DNA from: Candidatus Latescibacterota bacterium
Lineage (GTDB): Bacteria > Latescibacterota > UBA2968 > UBA8231
DNA: 64,000 nt
Assembly (NCBI GenBank): GCA_965243025.1
Contig: CBDETY010000003.1
Span: 928,001-992,000 of the forward strand
Direction of reading: 5' to 3'
A program made the translations under genes and the position numbers. Shown piece by piece: positions 38,660 to 50,703 of the stretch; position 1 is the stretch's first letter, and each line of letters opens with the position of its first letter. Under the pieces are notes generated by a model. The model did no database searches. It saw nothing but the letters and a program-made list of their open reading frames with translations, and was not told the DNA's origin.

Positions 38660-40072
38660 ATGGCTTCGGTTCTAAGGAGCCGCCCCGTAGTCCTCGCGGA
38701 GGTACTGACCCGGCAGGTCGACGCCTCCCCCATCGTGTTTTTCAGGGTCCTCTTCGGCATCCTCATGGCCGTAGAGGTCATTCGATACTGGGCCCACGGC
38801 CGCATATCGCGTTACTACATCGAGCCGGCGTTCCTCTTTTCCTTCGTGGAATGGATCAAGCCGGTCGGTGTCGGCATGTATCCGGTTTTCATCCTCATGG
38901 GAGCTGCCGCGCTTTTCCTGGCGATCGGATACCACTACCGGGCGGCGTCGATCCTGTACTTCGTCCTCTACACCTATGCGTTCCTTCTCGACAAGGCGCA
39001 GTACAACAACCACTACTACCTGATCTGTCTGCTGGCCTTTCTTTTCGCGGTGACGAATGCCGACCGGGGATTTTCAATCGACGCCGTGCGGCGCAGGCTT
39101 CCATCCCTGGTTCCCGCCTGGCAGGTCTACCTGTTTCGCCTGCAGGTCTGCGTCCTGTTTTTCTACGCAGGGGTGGCCAAGATAAACGCCGACTGGCTGT
39201 CGGGTGAACCGGTCAGAACCTGGCTGGCTGCCAGGTCGGACTATTTCCTGATCGGACCTCTCCTGCTGAAGGAGTGGTTCGTTTTTTTGTACGCCTACGC
39301 GGGGATGGTATTCGACCTGGGGATTGGGTTTGCGCTGTTATGGTCCAAGACCCGGGGGGCCGGTTTCGTGCTGCTCCTCGGGTTCAATCTCCTGAACAAG
39401 TGGTTCTACGACATCGGCATCTTTCCGTACCTGGCGATGGCGGCGTTCGTCCTCTTCATGGACGGTACCAGTATCAGCGGCCTGTTCGGTCGCTGGGTCC
39501 GAACCCGCGCCGTGGGCGGCGCCGTGGTGCGCGACCTGCTGGGGGAGGGGGCGGAAACCGGAGCAAACCCCCGCAAACCAACACCCTGGACGGAACTGCT
39601 CTCCAGGTTGGGCGGTTTCGGAATCCGGGCCAAGGCGGTTCTGGTATCCGGGTTCGTTCTCGTTCAGCTCCTTGCGCCGCTTCGCCATTTCGCCATCCCG
39701 GGCCATGTGGCCTGGACGGAGGAGGGCCATCTGTTTTCGTGGAGGATGAAGCTGCGAGACAAGAGGGCAGAGGAGATTATCTTCTATACCAAAGATTCTC
39801 GTTCAGGAAACATCAACGAGCTGCCGACGGATGGCCTGACCAGAAGGCAGAAAAGAAAGATGTCCACCAGGCCGCACATGATTGTTCAATACGCCAGGCA
39901 CCTTTCCGAGGATCTCAGGAAAAGCGGCTTCGAGAACGCCCCCGTTTACGTCGGGACCTCGGTTTCCCTGAACAGCCGCGATCCCAGACCCCTGATCGAC
40001 GAGAGTGCCGACCTTGCGAAAGTGCAATACCGCTCATTTGGGCATAACGGCTGGATAACCACCCTCGAATAG
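38660..40072 (+). CDS. Vitamin K-dependent gamma-glutamyl carboxylase homologue (HTTM + lumenal domain)
   Basis: FRVLFG, FLLDKAQYNNHYYL, YAGVAKINADWL, IGIFPY, WTEEGHLFSWRMKL, MIVQYA, VSLNSR..PLID correspond to conserved GGCX blocks (WNNHSYL, AGVKKLDADW, GYSWDMM). Confidence 0.9.
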   Translation: MASVLRSRPVVLAEVLTRQVDASPIVFFRVLFGILMAVEVIRYWAHGRISRYYIEPAFLFSFVEWIKPVGVGMYPVFILMGAAALFLAIGYHYRAASILYFVLYTYAFLLDKAQYNNHYYLICLLAFLFAVTNADRGFSIDAVRRRLPSLVPAWQVYLFRLQVCVLFFYAGVAKINADWLSGEPVRTWLAARSDYFLIGPLLLKEWFVFLYAYAGMVFDLGIGFALLWSKTRGAGFVLLLGFNLLNKWFYDIGIFPYLAMAAFVLFMDGTSISGLFGRWVRTRAVGGAVVRDLLGEGAETGANPRKPTPWTELLSRLGGFGIRAKAVLVSGFVLVQLLAPLRHFAIPGHVAWTEEGHLFSWRMKLRDKRAEEIIFYTKDSRSGNINELPTDGLTRRQKRKMSTRPHMIVQYARHLSEDLRKSGFENAPVYVGTSVSLNSRDPRPLIDESADLAKVQYRSFGHNGWITTLE

Positions 40073-40207
40073 TTGCCCGCGGAGAGGGTCTCGGTCGGAA
40101 TCCGATTACCGGGTGGACTTCTGGAACTACACGTCGAGGCGCGACTCAAGGTGTACGGGACACCCCTTGGAACCGGCTCCTGCCATCTTTTGCCCGCCTT
40201 TTCGGTC

Positions 40208-40699
40208 TCAAAGTGAAGACTTCGGGGACACGCGGATTCCCGAGGCCACCATTTCGAACTTCGGGGCCTCCGCAAGCCCGGGCGGCTGCGCGGAGGATTC
40301 CGCCCGATAGTGCTCCTCCGCGCCCGGATCAGCCGCCTGCAACAAGCCATGGACCGTGGCCGAACGCCCGCTGATCTCCCGCGGCACTGTATAGGCGTAA
40401 CTTCCGTCCTCGTGGCGCGCTACGTGCACGCGCAATCCCGCTGCGGTATCCAGGGCGCGCAGCACGAGCCAGCAGCCCGCATTCTGGCATACCTCATGGA
40501 CGGTACCTGTAACGGTAACCGGCCGGTCGAGATACCTTTCGGGCTCGGCCAGGACAGCCTCTACCGGCAAGGCTTCCTGCGGCATGCCGGCTGTGCCGAA
40601 GAGATCGTCCTCCGGGGTGTCCAGCCGTGCGCAAGCGGAAACCAAAAGGAGAACGAGGCTCCTCAAAGGCATGGTTTGAACTGTTGCAGCGTGTTTCAT
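40208..40699 (-). CDS. DUF4920-like OB-fold lipoprotein
   Basis: Lipobox VSAC; VTVTGTVHEVCQNAGCWLVL. Confidence 0.7.
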   Translation of the reverse strand: MKHAATVQTMPLRSLVLLLVSACARLDTPEDDLFGTAGMPQEALPVEAVLAEPERYLDRPVTVTGTVHEVCQNAGCWLVLRALDTAAGLRVHVARHEDGSYAYTVPREISGRSATVHGLLQAADPGAEEHYRAESSAQPPGLAEAPKFEMVASGIRVSPKSSL

Positions 40700-41105
40700 G
40701 ATTTCAGGCGATGCTCACGTGTTGGCAATTCTTGCCCTGTCAGGGTCCTCTTCCCGTCCCTCATGTCCACCAAGCTGTACCTGCTGACGGAACACTCCGA
40801 GAACAACCGGGCTGGCCGAAGATGAGCGGGGGGTGACATCGCCGCAGGCCAGATAGCTGGTTTGCAGTGATTCCTCTCTGGCAGGCCCGACCGACACATC
40901 TACACAAAAGTCGAACTCCCCAAAGATATCAATTTCAGCCCCCGACCCAGGATGAATCCCCGGTTGGTGCGGGGCCTGGTGGCGCACCAGGCTTCGGACT
41001 TCCGGGACTGGAGGCTGTCGGTCATTGCGCTTCGACCGCGGCCGTCCTCGGAGCTCGGCACATTTTGGTGGTTTCAGGCCACGGACAGGATTACCGTAAT
41101 CAGGA

Positions 41106-44100
41106 TTACCGTAATAGGGTAAGCTTGCGCGTCTGAACGCTCCCCTCGGTCGACAGCCGGTAGAGATACACCCCACTTGCCAGGGAGCGGCCATTGTCGC
41201 CACGTCCATCCCAGTGCACGCGGTGGACGCCGGCCTTTTTCGGTCCCTGGTGCAGCACCGCCACCCGTTGCCCGGTCAGGGAGAATATCTCCAGCCGCAC
41301 GGGACCCGGCTCCAGCAGAAACCAGGAAATGACGGTCTCGCTGTTGAAGGGGTTGGGCCAGTTCTGCTGCAACTGCGTTTCACGGGGCAACCCGATCAAG
41401 TCATGGGCCAGGGCCACCAGCTTCGCCCGCCCCGACGGGTTGAAGGCGTCGATGAACTTGAAGAAGTCGACGAAGTCGACGGTGCCGCTGCCGTCGAGGT
41501 CGAACCGGGCATCGGTGCCCCCATAGGCGTCGATGAACAGGAAGAAGTCGGCAAAATCGGTCTTGCCGTCGCCGTTGAAATCGGTCGTGGCCTGCGCCGG
41601 GGTTCCCCGGGCCTTGGAGGGCATGTTGTACGAGTAGATCTTCTTGTCGGACAGGTCGGTGACCCACATCGTCTCGCCGTCCGACCAGATGCCGAGAGTG
41701 ACGTGGGTCAAAGTTGGATGCAACGCACTGAAGTCCCTTGACGAGTCCCGGGACCCGGTCGCCAAGTCGTAGGCAAACAGCCTGAGGAACAATGAATCCC
41801 CGACCCACAGAGTCACGCCGTCCGACCAGATGCCGAATGCTCTCTGGTTGCCGTCCGAGCGCGGCGTATTGATATCCTTGGCAGCATCTCTCGCTTTCGT
41901 AACCAGGTCGTAGGCGAAGACCTTGTCATCCTTGTTGTCGTGGTTGACAACCCACATGGTCGTGCCGTCCGACCAGATGCCCCGGGGACCGTCGTTTCCG
42001 GCAGCGCTCAGAGTACCGAAGTCCTTGGACGCGTCTCTTGCCTTGGTGGAAAGGCTGTATGCATATATCCTGGCGTCTGTCCCATCTGCCACCCACATGG
42101 TCGTGCCGTTCGACCAGATGCCCCGGGGATCGTCGTTGCCGGCCGCCTTCAAAGTACTGAAGTCCCTGGCTGCATCCCTTGCCTTGGTGGACAGATTGTA
42201 TGCGAATATCTTGGACTCGGGGGCGTTGTTGTAGTTGGCCACCCACATGGTCGTGCCATCCGACCAGAGACCGGCAGGATGATTGTTCTCCGCGACCAAG
42301 GTGTTGAAGTCATCGACGGCCTTCCAACCGAAGGGTGTCGTCACGCCCCGGCCAATTGCGACGGTATACGCCTTCGTAGTCTGCCCGTCGCTCGCGGTGG
42401 CCCTGATTGTGACTTCGTTTCTGCCCTCTGACAGCGACACCGAGTAGGAAGATCCGCTTGAGACGGAAATGCCGCCAATGTCGATGGTGGAGCCGGCATC
42501 AGCCGCCGTTGCGGTAATGCTGACCTGAGGTACTGAATTGGCGACGCCGACGTGGTAGGTGGTCACGTCGGCGTCGAAGCCTGTAATGTCCACGGGACTG
42601 ACCGTGAGTGCTTTCAGGAGTGGTTCCGGTTCGGCGTCGGGCACCGGGGTCAGTCCCCAGCATTCGAGGCTGCCGTCTGTCCGCACCCCGCAACTATGCG
42701 CCCATCCGGCGCTCACTTGGCTGAAGGCCCCGCTCGGTGCGTCCCTGCGGCCGTCCAGATTGCTCCCCCAACAGGCTACGCCACCGTCGGTCTCCACTCC
42801 GCAACTATGCCAGATTCCCGCGCTCACCTGGCTGAAGTTGCCGCTCGGTGCGTCCCTCTGACCATAGCGGTTCCCCCCCCAACAGACCACCCTACCGTCC
42901 GTCCGCACCCCGCAACTATGGTACGATCTCGCGCTCACTTGGCTGAAGTTCCCGCTTGGTGCGTCCGTCGTCTGGTCAACGTCGTCACGGCCCCAGCATT
43001 CGACGCTGCCGTCCGTTCGCAGCCCGCAACTATGTGACGTGCCCGCGCTGATCTGACTGAAACGGCCGCTCGGAGCGTCCGCCTGACCATACTGGTCACT
43101 CCCCCAACAGACCACGCCACCGTCCGTCCGCAGCCCGCAACTATGGGCCGCGCCCGCGCTCACCAGGCTGAAGCTCCCGCTCGGAGCGTCCGTTCGGCCA
43201 TCGTCGGCCCGCCCCCAACAGAGTACGGTGCCGTCCCTTCGCACGCCGCAACTATGATAGGTGCCAGCGCTGACATCGCTGAAGCTCCCGCTCGGAGCGT
43301 CCGACTGCCCAAAGTCATCGAGCCCGCTGTTCCCCCAGCAGACGACCCTGCCGTCCGTCCGCAGCCCGCAATTATGTGACGTGCCCGCGCTGACCTGACT
43401 GAAGCTCCCGCTCGGAGCGTAGGGTGAAGGGGGCGGCGGAGGGGGCTCTGCGGCCGCCGGCATGTTGTATGCGTATATCTTTGCGTCCGTCTCGTCGGCC
43501 ACCCACATGGTCATCCCGTCGGACCAGATGCCCCGGGCCGCCTCGTTTCCGGCGGCGCCAAGGGTAGCGAAGTCCCTGGAGGAATCCCTAGCCCCGGAGG
43601 CCAGGTAGTATGCGTACAGCCTGCTTTGGGCCCAGTTGGCGACCCAGATGGTAGTGCTGTCAGACCAGATGTATTCAAACGCGCCGGAGCCGGGACCTGT
43701 GACGTAATCGAAGTCCTTGCCGGAGTCGCGAGCCCTCGTGAGCAGGTCGTAGGCATAGATGTGGTTGTCCTCATCGTCCACGACCCACATCGTGCTGTCG
43801 TCCGACCAGATTCCGGCGGGATCCTCGTTCCCGGCCGCCTTCAGCCCGTCGAAGTCCTTGGAGGCGTCTCGCGCCCAAGTCGAAAGGCTGTAGGCGTACA
43901 ACTTGGCGTCCTCGGAGTCGGAGACCCACATGGTCGTGCCGTCCGACCAGAGGCCCTCGGGACTGTTGTTGCCGGCAGTGGTCGGCGTGTCCAGGTCCTT
44001 GGCCGCATCACGAGCTGTCGTGGCCATGCTGTAGGCATAGATCTTGGCGTCCTCGGAGTCGGAGACCCACATGGTCGTGCCGTCCGACCAGAGGCCGCCC

Positions 44101-47100
44101 GGAGAGCTGTTGCCCGCGGCGTCGAGGGTGTTGAAGTCCCCGACGGCGTTCCAGCCAAAGGTTGTAGTCACACTCCGCACTACGGTGACGGTATAGACTT
44201 TGGTCGTCCGTCCGTCGCCAGACCTGACCGATATCCTGATGTCGTTTGGTCCTTCAGCTAGCGAAACCGAGTGGGAAGAGCCGCTTGATGCGGCGCTTCC
44301 ATCGATGTCGATGGTCACCCCCGGGGTTGTGGCATTGGCCACTACCGTGACCTCTGTGACCTCGTTGGGGACACCCACGTGATAGGCGGTCACCTCGCTG
44401 TTGAAGGGGGCGATGCCCCCGGGACTGACGGTCAGTCCGCTCAGCGTGGCGTCCGAATATTCGGGCATGTTGTAAGAGAAGATCTTGAATGTGGCGGATT
44501 CTTCTCCATACGAAGCCAAGTCACTGTCGTCCCAATCATGATCATCCATTTCCACTGTCGGGGATTCTGGGAATGGCCATATTCTGCGTTTCACTCCATT
44601 AACGACCCACATGGTTGTCCCGTCGGACCAGATGCCCCAAGGGGATGTATTGCCGGCAGCCACTAAGGTGTTGAAATCTCTGCTTGCGTCACGAGCCTTC
44701 GTGGCCAAATTGTAGGCGTAAATCTTAGCGTAGTCTCCGTACACCGCCCACATGGTCGTGCCGTCCGTCCAGATCCCTGCTATACCTCTTGTACTTGAGC
44801 CTTTGTCAGCAGAAAGATCCAAATCAAAAAGATGCTGCTTCGTGGCCAAACTGTAAGCGCGAATTATCCAAGTCGCCATTTCGACGACATACAAGACTCC
44901 ATTGCTGATCGCTATGTCGCCCTGATATGGTGTGATGCTCCCGTCGCTGATGGGATAGCTGACGAGGGTGATTTCCTTGCTCCAATCCCTCGCGTAGTTG
45001 GACAGCTTGTAGGCAAATAGATCTCCCGAGGACAACTCGGAGACATACTGAGGTTACCCCGATTTCACGGACAGTTTTCCGTTTGGATTTATACCCCTTG
45101 ATAAATGATACCTCTCGTAGTTGATGGGAGATCGTTGTCCCAGGGCCGAGTGCCGCCGATGGGGGTTGTACCAGCCTTCCAGGTATTCGAAAACCGTACG
45201 CTGGGCTTGCGACTGGGTAGCAAACCGATGACGATCCAGCAGCTCCCTTTCCAAGGTGGCGAAAAAGCTTTCGCACAGAGCATTGTCGAAGCAGTCACCG
45301 ACCGATCCCATCGACGGACGTACCCCGGCCTGGCGACAGCGCTTCCCGAAGGCCAGGGCCGTATACTGACTGCCGTGGTCGGAGTGGTGAATCACTTTCT
45401 TGGGACGGCGCCGGTGCAGGGCCATGTCAAGGGCGTCCAGCACCAACTGCGTACGCATATGGTTCGCCATGGCCCAGCCCACCACTCGGCGGCTCCAGGC
45501 GTCCATGACCACGCTCAGATACAAAAACCCCGACCTCGTGGGAATGTAGGTGAGATCGGCAACCCACAGGCGATTCGGGCCGGAGACCGAAAACACCCGC
45601 TTGACCAGGTCGGAGGCGACCCGGCCCTGCCGGCCGCGACGGGTGGTGGAGAGGCGGCGGCGGGCGCATACCCCGCGCACCCCGAGCTCAAGCATCAATC
45701 GGGCGATGCGCTTGCGACCGATGGCTTGGCCCTCCTCGGCCAGTTCGGCCCGGATCCTCGGCGCTCCATAAGTGCCCCGGGAGTGTTGGTGGATCTGCTC
45801 GACACGTGCCTTGAGCACGGCATCGGCCCGGGCGCGACCCGAAGGCGGGCGTTTCAACCAGGCGTAGTAGCCGCTGGGGGAGACCTTCAGCACGCGGCAC
45901 ATCGTCAGCACCGGAAAGTCGGCCTGGTGCGCTCTCATGAACTCGTAGACGGGCCGGACTCCGAGTCGGCCTCGCGAGCGAACCAGGCCGTGGCTTTTGC
46001 CAGGATCTCCCGTTCGATACGCAGTTGCTTGTTCTCACGGCGAAGGCGCCGCAATTCCTCCTGCTCCGGACGGGAGGGGCCGTCGCGGCGCACCCCCTCA
46101 TCGCGTTCGGCCTGGATCACCCAGTTGCGGATCGTCTGCCCGGACGGCTCGAATTCCTTGGCCAGCGACTCCGGACTACGACCCGCCCGTACCAGTTCCA
46201 CCATCTGTTGCCGGAATTCGGGCGGATAAGGGGAATGGGATTTCGGCATGGTTGGACACCCTCCTTTCTTTCAAGAAATGAAGTGTCCACGAAATCGGGT
46301 CAACTCCATACATAGTCGTGCCGTCCGTGGCGATGCCGGTAGGGTAGTTGTTCCCGTAGGTTCCCATGGTATGGAATTGATCGATCGCCCGCATCTTCGT
46401 GGCCATGCTGTAACTGCACAGATGGCTCGCTTGAATGGGATAAGGGTCCTGGAATGGCTCGATGCAGGTAAGCCACATCGTCGTACCGTTCGAAGTGATG
46501 TACACTGGTAAATTGGAAATGCCAAGGTCGTTGAAGTCGTCAGTAACCTTCCAGCCGAAGGGAGCATCGGATCCCCTGTCTGCGCCAATGCTGTATTCCC
46601 TGGTGGTCGTGCCGTCCTGCGCGGTCACCGTGATGGTGATCTCGTTGCTTCCTTCTGCGAGTGAGACGGTGTGGCCCGATCCGCTGGAGACGGTGCTTCC
46701 ATTGATGTCGATGGTCGCCCCGTCGTCACTCGAGTAGGGCGTAACCGTGACCTGGCTGACTGCGTTGGCCACGCCAAGGTGGTAGGAGAGCACGTCGGCG
46801 GCAAAACCCTCGATGTCCACGGGACTGACCCCCAGTGCCTTCAGCGTCGCGTCAGTCGAGGAACCCCCGCCGGCCGGCGGGGAGGCGTCTGGTCGCTGCG
46901 CCCCGAATTCCCGCCAAGTGGCAGTTCCGTCGCCGTCGAAGTCCGCTCGCAGCGCCGGGTACTGCTGCGCGGTCCCGAACTCCCAGGGGTCGTCGCCGCC
47001 GGTGGTCGCATCTCGGTCCCCGTCGGCGTTGTCCACGTCCAGGTTCCATTCCGCGTAGATGCCCGAGTACCCGGTGGGGGTCTGCAGTTCCGCTGTCGTC

Positions 47101-48347
47101 TTGCCTTCCCCTCCGGCGCTCGACACCTTGCCCGAGGTCGTGGTATTCCAATAGCAATTGCCGATGAACGAGGAGCTGTTGTTGATGACCAGGTCATAGT
47201 CTCTTCCCACCAGCCCGCCGACGTTGCTTCCCGTCCCCGTCACCCAGCCTGTCGCGTAACTGGCCCGGATGCTCCCCTGGATCTCTCCCACCAGCCCGCC
47301 GACATGGTCCTTGCCGGTCACCGCGCCCGACGCATAGCTGACCCAGATGACACCACCCCAGCTCTTGCCCACCAGCCCGCCGACATGGTTCTCGCCGGTT
47401 ACCGCGCCCGACGCATAGCTGACGGCGATGCTCCCGCCGTTGTGAAACCCCACCAGCCCGCCCACCTCCCCATCTCTTCCGGTACCTCTCACCGCCCCGG
47501 TCGCATAGCTGGCCCGGATACTTCCGTAGTTGTACCCGGCCAGCCCACCGACCTTGCCATGGCTGCCCGAGCCGGTCACCGACGCCGAAGCATAGCTGGC
47601 AACGAGGCTGCGGCTGGCGCCGCGGGGGCCGGCGTTCCTGCCAACCAGCCCTCCCACGTACCCGGCCCCCGTTCCCGTATTTTTCACCGACCCCGTCACG
47701 TAGCTCCCGGTGATGATGCCTGCGTTCGTCCCCGCCAGCCCACCGACGATGATCCCCCGGCCCGAGCCGGTCACGGCGACCTCCAGAACCCCCAGGTTCC
47801 GCACCTGGCCGCCGTCACCGACAACCCCGAACAAACCGATCCGGCCCGAGGAGCGATCGATGTACAGGCGGGTGATGGTGTGCCCGTTGCCGTCGAAGGT
47901 GGCGTTGAATTCGTTGCCGGAACCGGAACTGCCTATGGGCTCCCAGCCCGCGGCGCCGTTCCAGTATTCGTCGGCCGAGTTCACAGCCCCGTCGCCGCTG
48001 GTGTCGAAGTCCAGATCCCCCTTCAACTCGTAACCGATACAGACAGGCACATCCGGCGTGGCCGAGTGTCCATCATGGTCGGCGTCGGCACAGCCCATTC
48101 CCGGGGCGGGATTGGGGAAGGCGGCGGTATAGGCGGATGCGTTCACGTTCGCGGTGCCGTCGCCGTCCAGGTCCCAGCGGATGGCGTTCAACTGCGCCAA
48201 GCTGCTGATCTCGATCAGGCCGTCGCCGTCGCTGTCGTAGGACACCGTGGAGGCTGCAGCTGGCGGCGCCGCGAGCAGAAGGGCTGCGAAGAGGGCCGGC
48301 AACCCCAAAACCACCGCGAGGCATCTGTGCGTAGTTGGCGTTTCCAT
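41106..48347 (-). pseudogene. About 1990-aa surface adhesin-like protein (GLUG repeats, cadherin-like domains, GIWSDGTTMWV propeller repeats, RCC1/BLIP-II repeats, dockerin-like + FlgD-like tail) interrupted by IS3
   Basis: Removing 45049-46308 plus one TAC restores the frame (...GTTMY|VSELSSGDLFAY...). Confidence 0.88.
45049..46308 (-). mobile_element. IS3-family element (orfA 45935-46249, orfB 45054-45938)
   Basis: TG...CA ends with IRs; 3-bp target duplication TAC; WVADLTYI, HHSDHGSQY, CFDNALCESFF. Confidence 0.95.
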
Positions 48348-48477
48348 TTCTGCTGTCCCTTGAATGAAGTCTGAGGACCCAGGCCAGTGGCCCCGTTTCA
48401 CTATCGCGCTTGGAAGAGAACGGCCGCCCCCGAGGTAATTCCCGTTCACGTCTGGCGTTTTCATCCGTCACGAATGC

Positions 48478-48690
48478 CTATTCAAATTCTCCCATGGTGA
48501 CGCGTCCGTTCTCGACTTTGCAGCCCCCTGAAGCGATACAGGTATAAGTGGTTCCGTCCTGCAGTTGGATCTCCCCGCCATTGTTGAAAGTGATGGTCGT
48601 GGTTCCCCCGGAGCTGAAAAGACTTGCACCGGAAAGACGCGCTGGAACAAATGAGCCCGTGGGGACATTCGGGAGCGCATCACCCACGCC
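48478..48690 (-). pseudogene. Fragment of an extracellular beta-rich domain
   Basis: Protein-like 69-aa ORF (TYTCIASGGCKVENG) without a convincing start or RBS. Confidence 0.35.
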
Positions 48691-48842
48691 ATGTATCCGA
48701 TCTATTGGTATCCAGTCTGGCTACCTCCTTTGGGGTGTGGGGTCCCGAAGGCGGCTAGGTTCCCCCTGTCATCCCGCCTCGGGAATTGAATGACCTCCGA
48801 ACCGGGGCCGGTTCGCTTTGGGCGTTATCCCTCCCGGCCAGG

Positions 48843-49530
48843 CTATTTGAGAAGGAGCATCCTGCGCATCTGGGCGAACCGGCCGGCCTGCAACCGATAC
48901 AGATACACTCCGCTGGCGACCCGCTGGCCGCGCTAGTCGCGGCCATCCCACCGGATGGCGCCGGCGCTCGTCTCGTACTGACCCGCCGCCCGATGACCCA
49001 CATCGATTTCCTGGACCATCGCCCCCCGGACGTCGTAGATGCCCAGGCGCACCGGGGCCGGCGCGTGCAGTTGAAAGGGGATCCAGGTGTCGGGGTTGAA
49101 GGGGTTGGGATAGTTGGCCAGCAGCGCGGTCGACGCCGGCAGGGAGGCAGAAAGGGTTTCGACCGCAGTAGCGGTAATGGGGGGGGACATAAGGCGCCAT
49201 GTCCCACAGCAGAATCGTGCCGTCCAAACTGCCACTGGCCAGGGTCTGACCGTCCGGGGAAAACGACACCGAATTGACCCAATCCGAATGGCCTTCAAGA
49301 GTGGCCTTCTCTTCGCCGGTTGGCACATCCCACAAGCGGACCGTCTCGTAACTACCACTGGCCAGGGTCTGACCCATCCGGGAAAACGACACCGAATTGA
49401 CCCCACTCGTATGGCCTTCAAGGGTGACCTTCTCTAGACCGGATGACACATCCCACAAGCGGACCGTTTCGACGAAACTGCCACTGGCCAGAGTCTGACC
49501 ATCCGGGGAAAACGACCCCGAAGGGACAGT
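48843..49530 (-). pseudogene. WD40 + FlgD-like Ig remnant
   Basis: About 3 blades, frameshift in a G run near 49180, then NYPNPFNP...GVYLYRL...RRMLLLK. Confidence 0.8.
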
Positions 49531-49952
49531 ACCCGAATGGGATATCATACGCTGACAGCTTGAACCGAGAAGGGTATCGACTTGATGCCGAAGCTCAAAT
49601 AAACGCCATAATTCCGCAGAGGCCTCCCGGTTTCGCGCCACACAAATCGACCATTTCGCTCGGGAATACTTACTTGCAAATCTCATTGATACTTATGTCG
49701 ATTCCGAAGTCGAGAAAATAACCCGTCCTGCGAACTGAAAAGTCCCGGGAAGGTGATTGGCTGGCGGTTCTCGTGGCTACCCCTAATCGAGAAGAGGAGG
49801 AGTCTTTTCTTTAAATTTCCAGTCTGGGGAAGGGCAGGTTGGCAGGGGGGACTAGGGTGACCCCCAAGACCGACTGTTACCGGCCGGGGTCCTTCAGAAT
49901 GCCCCCAAACCACTGAAGGGCAGTCGCCATGTGATTAATGCGATTATGATTT

Positions 49953-50369
49953 TCATCTCAGTCGGAGGTTAACGGCAATGCCATAAGATCCATTCGGAGA
50001 CAGGAATACGCGACTTTCTTCTTTCTTCCTGTCTTTTTTCTTGTTCTTGTCATGTATGATGAGTAATGAGACACCGATTATCCCCGCCCCTAACAACATG
50101 AGGTCCCTATGGCGTCTCTGTTTTTCCTTTCTAAGGAACTCTTTTTCGAGTTGTCTTTCCTTGTCCCGATCAGGGACACGAAGGTGGCAATGAATTTTCC
50201 CAGGTACTTCTTTTTCTTCCCTCCAAAGGCCAAAAAAAGAGCTTGTTTCCTTCTTGGGGTCACCTCTGTGGCACAGATCTTTTTCCGTTAAAGGGTTCCA
50301 GTCATGCAAGCTCAATAACGGGTTTGCCATTGCCAAGGCAACAATAAAAATAAAGGTTTTCAATTTCAT
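49953..50369 (-). CDS. Exported hypothetical protein
   Basis: RBS GGAGG, signal peptide, one TM segment, C-terminal beta-hairpin YGIAVNLRLR. Confidence 0.6.
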   Translation of the reverse strand: MKLKTFIFIVALAMANPLLSLHDWNPLTEKDLCHRGDPKKETSSFFGLWREEKEVPGKIHCHLRVPDRDKERQLEKEFLRKEKQRRHRDLMLLGAGIIGVSLLIIHDKNKKKDRKKEESRVFLSPNGSYGIAVNLRLR

Positions 50370-50703
50370 ATCCGCCTCCAGTAGCCCGGATCGTATCCGC
50401 CGATGATGATCAGTAACAGCAGAGGAAAAATGATTTCAAGGGTGACTTCCGAGGACATCTTCCGATACCTCGGCAAGGATGGTCATGGCGAAAGCGTGGT
50501 CGGTGAAAGCGAAGCGGTACTTATCTCCTATCGCTCTCCTTTCCGCCCCCAAAACTATACTAAACTGCAGTGGGTCCCCAGATCGAGACATAGACCCGAT
50601 GGTGGAAATCTCCATGTCGGGATCTGGCGAGGGCCTCGGTTGGGCGACCGACCGGGGCTACTCTACCGTGACCTCCCCCCTTCCCCGAAACAGTCTTTCC
50701 TAT

